DNA of 64,000 nt from Leucoraja ocellata (lineage: Eukaryota), in NCBI GenBank assembly GCA_036785375.1, contig JAWMAR010000100.1, positions 248,001 to 312,000 of the forward strand. Reading direction: 5' to 3'. Below the pieces are notes generated by a model. The model was not told the DNA's origin. It worked only from the letters and a program-made list of their open reading frames with translations, and did not search any database. Positions 24,280-36,689 of this stretch are shown here, in pieces (position 1 is the stretch's first letter; each line of letters opens with the position of its first letter). The position numbers and the translations under genes were made by a program.

Positions 24280-26704
24280 TCATAGAAACATAGAAAATAG
24301 ATGCAGGAGTAGGCCCTTCGAGCCTGCACCGCCATTCAATATGATCATGGCTGATCATCCAACTCAGTATCCTGTACCTGCCTTCTCTCCATACCCCCTG
24401 ATCCCTTTAGCCACAAGGGCCTCATCTAATTCCCTCTTAAATATAGCCAATGAACTGGCCTCAACTACCTTCTGTGGCAGAGAATTCCAGAGATTCACTA
24501 CTCTCTGTGTGAAAAATGTTTTCCTCATCTCGGTCCTAAAATATTTCCTCCTTATCCTTAAACTGTGACCCCTTGTTCTGGACATCCCCAACACCGGGAA
24601 CAATCTTCCTGCATCTAGTCTGTCCAACCCCTTAAGAATTTTGTAAGTTTCTATAAGATCCCCCCTCAATCTTCTAAATTCTAGCAAGCACAAGCCGAGT
24701 CTACATACAGTCTTTCTTCATATGAAAGTCTGGACATCCCAGGAATCAGTCTGGTGAACCTTCTCTGTACTCCCTCTTTGGCAAGAATGTCATTCCTCAG
24801 ATTTGGAGACCAAAACTGTGCGCAATACTGCAGGTGTGGTCTCACCAAGACCCTGTACAAATGCAGTAGAACCTCCATGCTCCTATACTCAAATACTTTT
24901 GCTATGAATGCTAACATACCATTTGCTTTCTTCACTGCCTGCTGCACCTGCATGCCTACTTTTAATGACTGGTGTACCAAGACACCCAGGTCTCGTTGCA
25001 TCTCCCCTTTTCCTAATCGACCACCATTTAGATAATAGTCTACTTTCCTGTTTTTGCCACCAAAGTGGATAACCTCACATTTATCCACATTATACTGCAT
25101 CTGCCATGCATTTGCCCACTCACCCAGCCTATCCAAGACACCTTGCAGCCTCCTAACATCCTCCTCACAGCTAACACTGCCCCCCAGTTTCGTGTCATCT
25201 GCAAACTTGGAGATGTTGCATTCAATTCCCTCGTCCAAATCATTAATATATATTGTACATAGCTGGGGTCCCAGCACTGAGCCTTGAGGTACCCCACTGG
25301 TCATTGCCTACCATTGTGAAAATAACCCGTTTACTTCTACTCTTTGCTTCCTATCTGCCAGCCAGTTCTCTATCCACATCAATACTGAACCCCCAATACC
25401 ATGTGCTTTAAGTTTGTATACTAATCTCTTATGTGGGACCTTGTCGAAAGCCTTCTGAAAGTCCAGATATAACACATCCACTGATTCTCCCTTATCCACT
25501 CCTCGAAAAATTCTATAAAATTCGTCAGACATGATTTACCTTTCATAAATCCATGCTGGCTTTGTCCAATGATTTCTCCACTTTCCAAATGTGCTGCTAT
25601 CCCATTTTTAATAACTGATACTAACAGTTTTCCCACTACCGATGTTAGACTAACTAGTCTGTAATTCCTTGTTTTCTCTCTCCCTCCCTTTTTAAAAAGT
25701 GGGTTTACATTAGCTACCCTCCAATCCTCAGGAACTACTCCAGAATTTAAAGAATTTTTAAAAATTATCACTAATGCATCCACTATATCTGGGGCTACTT
25801 CCTTAAGTACTCTGGGATGCAGCCTATCTGGCCCTGGGGATTTATCAGCCTTTAATCCATTCAATTTACCTAACACCACTTCCCGGCTAACCTGGATTTC
25901 ACTCAGTTACTCCATCTCATTTGACCCCCGGTCCCCTGCAATTTCCGGCAGATTATTTATGTCTTCCTTAGTGAAGACAGAACCAAAGTAGTTATTCAAT
26001 TGGTCTGCCATGTCCTTCCCCATGATCAGTTCACCTGTTTCTGACTGCAAGGGACCTACATTTGTTTTAACTAATCTTTTTCTCTTCACATATCTATAAA
26101 AAAATTTTCAGTCAGTTTTTATTTTCCCTGCCAGTTTTCTTTCATAATCTATTTTCCCTTTTCTAATTAAGCCCTTTGTCCTCCTCTGCTGGTCTCTGAA
26201 TTTCTCCCAGTCCTCTGTTAGGCTGCTTTTTCTGGCTAATGTGTATGCTTCACCTTTTATTTTGATACTATCCCTGATTTTCCTTGTTATCCACGGATGC
26301 ACTACCTTCCCTTATTTATTCTTTTTCAAAACTGGGATGAACAATTGTTGTAGTTCATCCATGCAGTCTTTAAATGCCTTCCATTGCATATCCACCATCA
26401 AGCCTTTAGGAATCACTTGCCAGTCTATTTTGGCCAATTCATGTCTCAAAACCTCAGTTACCTTTCTTTAAGTTCAGAACCCTTGTTTCTGAATTAACAA
26501 TGTCACTCTCCATCATAATGAAGAACTCAACCATATTATGGTCACTCTTGCCCAAGGGGCCACGCACAACAAGACTGCTAACTAACCCTTCCTCATTACT
26601 CAATACCCAGTCTAGAAAAGCCTGCTCTCTCGTTGGTTCTTCTACATGTTGGTTTAGAAAACTATCCCACATACATTCCAATAAATCCTCTTCCTCAGCA
26701 CCCT
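24280..26704 (-). mobile_element. CR1/HER1 LINE, about 2.4 kb of ORF2 (end of endonuclease, RT, C-terminus), frameshifted
   Basis: Consecutive minus ORFs: EEPTREQAFLDWVL...GKSDHNMVEF; KSPGPD...WRVANVNPLFKKG...NYR; DFQKAFDKVPH; SGVPQGSVLGP...KFADDTKL; several stops and frameshifts. Confidence 0.95.
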
Positions 26705-27105
26705 TGCAGGGTGATTTTATAGAGGTGTACAAAATCATGGGAGGAATAGATCGGGTAGATGCACAAGAGTCTCTTGTCCAGAGTAGGGCAATCGAGGACC
26801 AGAGGACATACGTTCAAGGGGAAAATATTTAATAGGAATCCGAGTGGTAACTTTTTCACACAAAGGCTGGTGGATGTACGGAACAAGCTGCCAGAGGAGG
26901 TAGTTGAGGCTGGGACTATCCCATTATTTAAGAGACAGTTAGACAGGTACATGGATAGGACAGGTTTGGAGGTATATGGATCAGGCGCAGGCAAGTGGGA
27001 CTAGTGTACCTAGGGCATTGTTGGCCGGTGTGGGCAAGTTAGGCTGAAGGGCCTGTTTCCACAATGCGTCACTATGACTCTATGACTCTATGACTCTATG
27101 ACTCT
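26705..27105 (+). mobile_element. CR1-like LINE 3' end (5' part at 24170-24275), host of the nested 2.4-kb CR1; (ATGACTCT)n tail
   Basis: ggagtgcaggaggat| ... |gcagggtgattttatagaggtg rejoins across the insertion; RTRGHTFK...NFFTQR. Confidence 0.85.
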
Positions 27106-27589
27106 AACTGATAAATGGCTGAATTTGAGTTCGGCTATTTTGAAGACATCTTCTTGGTCACCTAAAGTTGGGTATCACCAAAATTCAAGGGAGTCACAGC
27201 GCCACAGATGGTTCGATCCTGACCTTGGGTGCTGTCTCTGTGGAGTTTGCTTATTCACCCTGTGACTGCATGGACTTACTTCGAGTGCCCCAGTCTCCTT
27301 CCACACCCCAAAGACGTGCGGGTTTGTAGGTTAATCGGCTCTTGACAAATGCCCCTAGTGTAAACGGATGATCAATAGTTGGTGTGGACTCAGGCCAAAG
27401 GGCATATTTCCATGCTAGATCTCTAGACTGAACTTAGACTAGACTAAACAAAGTTGTTGAATACCTACAGTCTATTTGTGATTAGCAGCACTGGCTCTAA
27501 TTTAGTTAAGGCTTAAGGGTTAGGCCTGCCACCCTCATGACTTTAGATGAAGAAGTTTGCTCACCTTGCCAAAGGAAAGATGCCAAAGA

Positions 27590-28165
27590 GTGCAGAGAAG
27601 ATTTATGAAGATGTTGCCAGGACTTGAAGGCCTGAACTATAGGGTGAGTTTGGGATGGTTAGTATTTTATTCCTTGAAGTGAATGAGATTGAGTGATGAT
27701 CTTGTAAAGGTGTATAAAATCATGAAGGGGAAAGAGAGGATGAATGTACATAATCTGTTTCCCGTGGCGGGGGAATCAAGAATGATTGGGCATAGCTTTA
27801 ATGTGAGAGGGGAAAGACTTAATTTGAACCTGAGGGGGCAACGTTTCACACAGAGATTAGTGAGTGTGTGGATGGAGTTGTTTGAGGAACTAGTTGAGGC
27901 AGGTACAATAACACCAATTAAAAGTCATTAGGACAGGTAGACAATAGACGTTAGACAATAGGTGCAGGAGTAGGCCATTCGACCCTTCGAGCCAGCACTG
28001 CCATTCTCTGTGAGCATTGCTGATCATCCACAATGGATGGCAAAGATTTAGAAGGATATGGGCTGATGTGGGCAAAAGGGACTAGCATGGACAGGACATC
28101 TTGTTTGCCATAGATAAGTTGGGCCAAAGGTCTTGTTTCCATGATGCATGACTCGATGACTCGAC
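27590..28165 (+). mobile_element. Degenerate CR1-like 3' end with a short nested HER1 tail (27938-28030, minus)
   Basis: RLSDDLVKVYKIM...GHSFNVRGE...FTQR. Confidence 0.75.
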
Positions 28166-28599
28166 ATGATAGGTCTTTTTTTTTTCTAACTTGTTCTAAT
28201 GGAGTGAAGAGTGCAGGAAATGCTTCCTTAGCACCCCTGATATCGTAAGGCTTGTACATGACATGTGTCCACCCACATTCTGATTCCATCCCTCCACATA
28301 GGTTGGAATAAGTTGGTATGAAATTGTAAACCACATTACACTTGTCCCAGTTATGAATTAGACCCAAGAATTTTGCACACATACCCACCAGCCCTTTCTT
28401 TAGAAACCTGCATTACTTTCTTTTTGCCAAAACTGAATTCTAAGGTCGTGAATTCATATTCCAAATATTTTATCAAATTGCACTTTGGGGTATACCCAAA
28501 TTAGATCTTGGCACAGTGTTTCAAATTTCCTGGAATAATACTATATCTTCATAGGTTTATAGAACAAAAAAGTGAACTTGGCTGACACTAATATTGCTA

Positions 28600-28770
28600 T
28601 CAAGCAGCATGTTTATTAATTTTATTTGTTGTTGTGGAACTTTGCTGCAGGAAATTGGCTGCAGTATTTGCTGTCATTAATAGGAACTACTCCCCAAAAT
28701 AACAAGCTATGAAACAATTTGGGACATCCTGAATGTGTGAAAAGTACTGTGTTAATGTATTCTTTATAAC
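28600..28770 (+). mobile_element. Ancient DeuSINE-like (SacSINE/AmnSINE type) remnant
   Basis: tgtggaactttgctgcaggaaattggctgc...tttgggacatcctga...tgaaaag resembles the recalled Deu-domain 3' part and tail. Confidence 0.5.
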
Positions 28771-30771
28771 TACTACCGTTATCTAGGTTTTATTTGAGAT
28801 AATGTTAATCATCCTGTAGCTAAGTGTGATTTTCTTTCTGAAAGAATGGGAAGGCATGTATTATGGTAGCAGTGTGTTTTGGGTTTTCTGTTGGAAGTAG
28901 ATGTGTAATAATAAGACTGTGTTTCTCTGAAATCAGGAGTGGAAAAAATGTTGAGGATTTCAGTCCCAATTGCTTCCTCTTAACCAGTGTCAGCTGGGGA
29001 CAGGATGAGTTGTCTGCTTTTCTCACTGTATCCCATTTAGTTATGGAGCTAATACTATTACAGCTGTCTTCCGAACAATAGTAAATTGTGAATGGTAACT
29101 GGTATCTGATCTTTCGAAGTCACGAGAAGTTAATCTTCAGTGCTTGTGCTTTACGCATATGTATTAAGTCCACCATATACTTCATTTCCAAAGTAGTTCT
29201 GTTCTACAATAGAATGGATTTTGAAAAGACAAGTGTAATGAGAAAATATCACTGTACTATGTACAGTGTGAGTTACCAACACCAAATTTACTCCTCCAAA
29301 AAGTGGATAAAAAAGAGAAATTGGATGAGGAAAAGGTGATGAAAGTAAATTTGAAAAAAACTTTATCAGTCTATCTTTTGTGTTTGGGTTGCATGATGAA
29401 ATGAATATTGTCATGTCTTGACTTTAGCAGATCCATATTGAATTTGCTTTAATAATTTACATCACCCACTGTGACTTGCCACGCATGAAAAAGAAACAAC
29501 AGTTTTCCAAATTATTAAAGACATTTGTGGAACAATGAAAATGCAATAATTCAATCATTTAAAAAAGATGTAAAGTACAATGTTTATTAAATGCCAGGAC
29601 AGCTGAGGTTAGCACTGTGATGCACAGAAAGCACACTCAGCAATATGTCATACAAATGTTTTCTGTTTTGCTGACGGGTAGATAACCTGACCCAGGCATT
29701 TAATAAACCAAATTTAATGACTGTTTTCAGTGACTTATTGGGTCAGGTTAGAGTACTAATGAAAAAAATGACTGCACCAAGGGAGGCTGACTACATCTGG
29801 TAAATGCATTTTCTAATATCCAGAGCACTCTCGGTGTGTTCTTGTAACAGGTTTACAACAGCGGCTCAATGAGTTAAGTCCACAAAAGGCTGAGTAAGAG
29901 CAGACAACCATTTTCTCAGTGCCACTCATCCAGCCTCTAATTTGAACTCGGGAGGGCAGTCATCAATAGAGATTTAATAAACACCAAAATATCTAAAGCA
30001 GCAATTATGATAATTTTGCAGCATTGCCATGTCACCATAAAAAGGATGTGAAGCAGAAATGAGGTGCATGAGGTCTCTATAGAATTGGGCTGACTATTAG
30101 TCCATAAAATGGCAGGTTGCTATTGCTGTTTGTAGTGGTTGTGCAGTCAGCCAAAGACATGCTTTCACTGTCTACATCTCTTCCTCTGTAAGACAATGAC
30201 GAACATCTGCTCTGTGTAATATCTAAACTTGTACATGAGTATCCATTCTTAAGTATAATTTAAGTTCTGTACACCTTCTTCATTCTACTGCGGAGTTGTG
30301 AATGACCATTAAGGATATCTCCAGATGTATGATTTAAGTAATTAAATGCTTTTCTATAACACTGTTTCGTTACAGCTGTAAACATTGATGCTGAAAAATG
30401 CATCCTGTGTCAGCTTCATTTAACAAGCTATATAATATTGACAGTGTGCTATACCCTGCATCTGGAATTTATTTCCAGTGTTATCATTAGAATGAATTAT
30501 GGAGACAGTACATAATGCACTGATGTTACTTTTGCAATGAGTTTAATGCAATTCATTCTTGGTTTCCCATTCCCCTAATAACATAGAGAAAAAATGCCTT
30601 TCCTTCCATTCTATTCCTGAATACTGCTTCCACCTTGGTCCTATCCAGTTCTTTATCTGACACACTGTCAGACACTTAAGCCTGATCTTTTGAGAGGAAA
30701 ATAAAAACAGAAAGTGCAGGCAAATCTCAGCAGGGCAGGCAGCTTCTGTGCAAAGACAAACAGTTAATTAA

Positions 30772-31073
30772 GGGTGGCACAATGGCTCAGCGGTAGATTT
30801 GCTGTCTTGCAATGCCAGAGACCCAGGTTCGATCCTGACTACGAGTGCGTGTCTGTAGGGAGTTTGTGCGTTCTCCCTGTGACCTGCCGGGGTTTTCTCT
30901 GGGATCTCTGGTATCTTCTCACACTCCAAAGACATATATGTTTGTAGGATAATTGGCTTGGTATAATTGTAAAATTGTTCCTAGTGTGTGTAATGTGCGT
31001 GGATCGCTGGTCGGCGCGGACTTGGTGGGCGAAGAGCCTGTTTCTGCACTGTATCTCTAAACTAAACTAAACT
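30772..31073 (+). mobile_element. Full-length HE1-like V-SINE
   Basis: A box tggctcagcggt, B box ggttcgatcc, V-domain, gggc(c)gaagagcctgtttc and (CTAAA)n tail. Confidence 0.9.
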
Positions 31074-31924
31074 GTAATGGTTCAAGCTCAAGAACCTTGA
31101 CCTCTGATGATCACGACTTTTAAGTATTAACTGTTTTTCTTTTTATAGATGCTGCCTAGCCTGTTGAGTTTCACCATCATTTTCTGTGTTTATTTCAGTT
31201 TCCTGACATCTGAGTTTAAAATATGTAAATATTAGTTAAAATGTGTTAATGAAAAACTAGGGGTAGATGAAGTTGGTGGGATTCTTATCTAAGATCGTTA
31301 TTTCTGCATGTCCAAGGTGAGATACTTTGCTGATAGAAACATTCCTAGCTCATTGAAGACTCCAGGGTCAGCCATGGGACACCTCTGGTGCAAGTTTTCA
31401 GCTGCAATGAAAAGAACAGCACTGACAGGCAGAGGCTCTGTCCCCTCACAACCATCCACTCACCATACCTCCTGCATACATTAAATGCCTGTGAATGTCC
31501 GATATTGAAAACCATCCAAATCCAGTAGACTGAAAAAGTGATGATATTAAAAAATGCTTTAATATTTAAAAAAAAAATAATACATATAGGACATAAGGTA
31601 TAGGTAAAAACAAATAAAATGTTTTAATGTTTAAATTTAAAAAAAAACCTTACATCTTTCTTCCAGAAACTGATTTTTCCTTTAGTTTCAAAGGACTAAC
31701 TGAATTTATTCCATATTGGCCTGCTCAGCATGCAAATTGTCAGCATGAATGCTGAGAAATCTGCAGACGTTCACATTGTCCTAGGAGTCATAGGGTTATT
31801 GAGTTATATCCAAGCTTCCTTAGACACACCTGCCTTGCACTTCACTCTAATAACGGACATGCATGCCCTAAACTGTTGTCATCAGCTTTTATATGCATCC
31901 CACTTTCCAAATATTCCTTTGCCT

Positions 31925-32290
31925 GCAAACAATAACCTACTCCACTCAACTCCAACAATACCACAATGATGGCCTTGCCACAATTCAGAATGGCAACTTG
32001 TGGGCCTTCCATAACTTTATCCATACCTATTTTAGAACAGTGATCACTTGTCCATCCCAATTTCCTAAGAGTAGATTAAGCTCCCTTTGTCCGGCACACC
32101 ATATATTGCCTGAACTTTCCTGAACACATTTGATAAAGTCCCCCCATTCCAAGCCCTTGGCACTAAGACAGTCCCAGCCCATATTGGAAAAGTTAAAATC
32201 CCCTGCTATGACAACCCTATTAGTCTTGCAGCTGTCCACAATCACTTGGTATATTTGTTCTAACTCCCATTGATTATTTGGGGAGCCATA
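31925..32290 (-). mobile_element. Degenerate CR1 endonuclease-domain fragment
   Basis: RVVIAGDFNFSNMGWD and TSDH motifs of the APE-type endonuclease. Confidence 0.75.
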
Positions 32291-32344
32291 GCACTTGATC
32301 TAGCACTTGATCTAAGGGAAATGTTTTGTTTTGTTTTCAGATTC

Positions 32345-32710
32345 TCGGCCCACCTAGTCCGCACCAAGCAACTATCCCTGCACACTAACATTATCCTACA
32401 ACCAAGGTAGACAAAATGCTGGAGAAATTCAGTGGGTGAGGCAGCATCTATGGAGCGAAGGAAATAGGCAAAGTTTCGGGTCGAAACCCTTCTTCAGACA
32501 TCCTACACACACCAAGGACAATATTTACAATTTTATCACACCAATTAGCCTACAAACCTGTAAGTCTGTGGAGTGTGGGAGGAAACTAGAGCACCCAGAA
32601 AAAACGGGGAGAACATACAAACTCCGTACAGACTGCACCTGTAGTCAGGATCGAACACAGGTCTCTGGCGCTGCATTGCAGCAACTCCACCTCTGCACTA
32701 CCATGCTGTC
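32345..32710 (-). mobile_element. V-SINE with a nested hammerhead-bearing Penelope pLTR (about 32408-32499, minus)
   Basis: SINE reverse complement; insert ends tttcgggtcgaaacccttcttcagac; imperfect TSD atcctaca(cac)accaagg. Confidence 0.8.
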
Positions 32711-33178
32711 CTGTTTTACACAGAGTGTGGTGGGTGCATGAATGACCGGTCAGATAAAATGGTGGAGACATATCCAATTACACTGTTCAAAGAAAAACAT
32801 TTTCCCAACTGCATGAATGGTAAGAAAAATATGGGTTAAACACAGCCAAATGGGAATTGCGTAGACAGTTATCTTGGTCAGCATCAATGGGGTGGGACAA
32901 AGCGTTTGCTTCCATGCTGCATAATTCTATGAATCTATTCAGAATCTCCTTATATCTCAAATCCAGTTGGATTCCATGAGGATAGCAGTAGTCGCAATGT
33001 ACCATGGTCATTGGCTTTGTTCCTGAGATAATTGAGGAGATCAGGTGGGCTGAAGGAGCTGTTATTGTTGTGAATGTCTTTACGACTCCGTTACCCTATT
33101 TAAATTCCAACCCTTTGGAATGCCTCATACTTTTCTGGGAATTAGTTCATGGCATAGTCAGAACTGATGACATTAAGA

Positions 33179-33735
33179 CCCTCTGCCACTGTTCCTCCTC
33201 TGTGATCCACCTATCCCTCACCAGGCTTTCTCTAGCTCCTCATCTTTTTCAGTTTTCTCCTCCCCCCCCCCCCCCAACTGCTGCACACCATAATCAGTCT
33301 GAAGAACGGTCTCGACCAGAAACATCACCTATCCAAGCTCTCCAGAGATGCAACCTGACCTACTTTGTTACTCCAGCACTTTGTGCTTAATTTTGTCAAC
33401 AGCATCTGCAGTTCCTTATATTTCTTTTTTACTGCAAAATCTCCTGAATAAAAAAATATCCTACTCTCTTCGATGGGAGTTCTGTGAGATCCTCTCTCAC
33501 TGCTGCCCCTCTGTGATCCACATCACTCGCCAGGCTTTGTCCTGCCCCTCCTCTCTTCTAGCTTTCTCCTCTCACCCTCCGTCCACCCAACCACTTCAAT
33601 CATTCTGAAGAAGGGTTCTGACACAAAACATCACCCACCTATGTTCTCTAGAGATGCTGCCTGACCCATTGAGTTATTCCAGCACTTTGTGTCTTTTTTT
33701 TGTAAAGCAGCATTAGCAGTTCCTTGTATCTTCAT
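33179..33735 (+). repeat. Tandem dimer (period about 312 bp) of Penelope pLTR units, each with a hammerhead-like core
   Basis: Both units run cctctgtgatccac...ccaggcttt...ctgaagaa.gg...aaacatcacc...agagatgc...ctgacc...ccagcactttgtg...gcagttcctt. Confidence 0.8.
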
Positions 33736-35389
33736 TCACAAGACGCATGTCATTCAGAAAACAACAGTACCTAATCCACATGAAGAAGTAGTGCTGTGCA
33801 ATTCAGTCACTTGCTCCTTCAGTGTGGCTTGAGAGGCAGCAAATGTACACAAAGAAGGGGACAGGAGAATATTTTACAAGGGAACTTAACATGTTAATCA
33901 TATCTTCATGGTGCTTTAATTTACTGAAATATAAAGGCAACTCTGCTGTGACAAAATGGGAAATAGAAAATATTAAGGGACTAATAAACCTCTGATAATA
34001 ACCACATTCGGTGTAATAATAATAAACTATATAGATTAGTTAAAAATATCAGGAAATAAACTCAAGCAAATCCCAGAACGAAGATTGAGAATGATGTCTT
34101 TAACAATATCATTTCAAAAGCTGGCAGAGTGTCTAAAAGTAGTTTAGCCAAATTCATCTGAAGATCTCAAGGGGTATAAGAAGTATCAAGTTGATAGATG
34201 ATCTTTTCAGCAGTTCAGACCAGGAGTAAATTGGGTGGTCAGCACTAAGATTCTCTTGAAGTGAATAATTTTTCCTTTGGGCTTTCACTTCTTGAACTCC
34301 ATTTATATAGTCATTTCCTACAGTTTAAAGAAAAGAACAATGCTTTCTTGTGAGGAGTATACACTGAGCACAATCAGTTATACTAATTTCACAAGCCAGC
34401 ATGCATATCATGCCGATTAAGGCAATTAGAAAACTTTTCAATGTTGCAGTAATCATCTATTTAATGTCCTTGCTATCGTTAATATGTTTAATGATGAGGC
34501 TCAATATTTTTTGAAAAAAAAAATCAGCTAATATGTTTAGAGCATTTATACTATTACAACTGGTAACAACATTAATAGAAACAATTTGCATTTGTGCTGA
34601 TGTTACAATAGAGGCCTGAAATATCAGACTGTATACAGCGGAGGAGTATACAATCAGATACGGAGGGCTTACGTGCCTGGTTGTGTGAGTGTGGAGGCTG
34701 ACATTGTTAAACATTTTTCTTTATTCCCCTGACTAGTGTGGGTCATAAATCCACCCATGTCCTTATCTCTGAGCTTTAGACTTAGATATTAATCATGCTG
34801 TACCTTTATCTCCATGAGGGAAATGAATTGGGGCCAATTTAGGGGCAATCTCCCTAAACCAAATAGCTTCAGAATCGCATTCAACATCACATTAAACCCA
34901 GCATTAGAAATGCACCCTGAGCGGCTCACTTAAACAAGTATTACATTCCTGGAATACACGACTATCAGGCCTAATGTCTGTTCCAGAACTTAAATCAGAA
35001 ATGAGTTTACACTGAGTGCACAAATCAATGCACAGTCCGCATATGTTTTCCATATTTCCAAATTATAGTTCTCCAAAAATCTGTGTTTATTAGAAAATTA
35101 TAGCTGTGAGTAGAAGGCCCGTTTTTTAGTTTTTTAAACATTTTCAGATTCCTCACCCAACTTTGCCTTCCATTGTCACGCTTTTTTGTCACAGAAACCC
35201 TACTGTTTTTCACTCTGCTGCAATCATCTTCCATCTATCCCTTCTCCACCACTCACATTTTTGTAGCTCTGCATTTACTTAAAAAATATTGCATCTGCAA
35301 AGCTCACTGGTTTTGATAAGCATTTATAAATATGAAATGTGACCTCTTGGTTCTCTTTTCATAGATGTTTTGATTGGTTGGTAGACACA

Positions 35390-35680
35390 GACAAGAAACA
35401 GGCCCTTCAGCTCACCAGGGCCACACCAATCATTGATCACCCATTCACAGAAGTTCTATGTTATCCCAGGTTTGCATCCATTCCCAAACTAGGGGCAATT
35501 TACATATGTCAATCAATCTACAATTCTACGCACCTCTGGGATGCGGGAGGAAGCCGGAGCACCTGGAGGAAATCCATGTGGAGCAATCTCACAGAGATAG
35601 AACCTGAGGTGAGGATTGGACCGAGGGTCTCCGTCTCTGTGAGGCAGCAAATCTGCCAGCTGCACCACTGTGCCACCTGC
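35390..35680 (-). mobile_element. Degenerate V-SINE
   Basis: gaaacaggcccttcag...gggaggaagccggagcacctggagg...gaggcagc. Confidence 0.7.
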
Positions 35681-35683
35681 CTG

Positions 35684-36496
35684 ATTGTATTGTATTGTAT
35701 TGTATTTTAATGACCACACAGCCAGGCTGGTGGAATTTGGGTTGTCAGTAGCGATACAATAATAAAGAACACACAACCACAATAAAAAATGTAACACAAC
35801 ATCCACCACAGCATTTATCACTGTGGTGGAAGGCACAAAAAATTGGCCAGCCCTCCTCCATTTCCCCCCCCGTGGACAGGACCAGAGTCCAGAGTCAGCC
35901 CAGGATCGGCTCTTCCTCACCGGAGACCGCAGCCAGAAGCACCGTAGACTGCAGGGCCGGCGGTCAAAGCTCCCCTCCAGGGGCGTTGGTAAGTCCATGC
36001 CGGCCCCGCGGTAGAAGTTGGCCGCGGGCCAGCAGTGATGGCTTCTTCTTCCCCCGGGTCCCCCCACAAGGGATCCCGGGCTGTAGACGCGCACCAGCTG
36101 GAGCTCTGCAGACCGCGACTTCAGGCTGCGACTTCAGGCTGCCGGCTGCCCCGGGCCAGCAAAATGGAGCGCTCCCTTCCAGCGAGCCCCAGCGAGGGCT
36201 CACCCGCTCAACAAAGAGAGTCCACGCTACGCCCGCCGCTGAAGCCCCGGGCGCGTCTCCGGGAAAGGCCGCGCTGATCCTTGATGTTAGGCCACGGGGG
36301 AGGCGACCTGGAAAAAGTCGCCTCTCCATGGAGGAGGCGACCAAAGCGTTTTCCCCCTTATCCCCCCACACCAGCCCCCACACAAAACACACCGAGAAAC
36401 ATCAAACACATACTTTAAAACATAATAAAAAATAAAAAAAAGTTGAAAAACTGACGCGCTGCTGACAGGGCTGCTGCCAGAGCAGCGCCGCCTACT
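35684..36496 (-). mobile_element. GC-rich non-coding retro-element, family A, apparently full length; (TACAA)n tail
   Basis: Minus-strand 5' end gtaggcggcgctg, then T-rich and G-rich tracts, CpG-rich body, 3' hairpin and simple-repeat tail; no RT ORF. Confidence 0.7.
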
Positions 36497-36689
36497 GAAT
36501 CTGCTGTTATAAGGCTCTTCAACATAAGCTCTCGTGAGCTCAGAATGTATCCCCCCTGATATATCTATAAGAAGGGATTAGCTAAAATGTTGGACAAACT
36601 TGGATTGTTTTCTCTGGAATATCGGAGGGGGAAACCTGACAGAAGTAGATAAAATGATGAGAGGTATGGATAGGGTACATTGTCAGAAG

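Noticed and set aside
30772-30845. tRNA gene-like A/B boxes (also at the other SINE heads)
   Set aside because: These are tRNA-derived SINE heads continuing into the V-domain, not tRNA genes.
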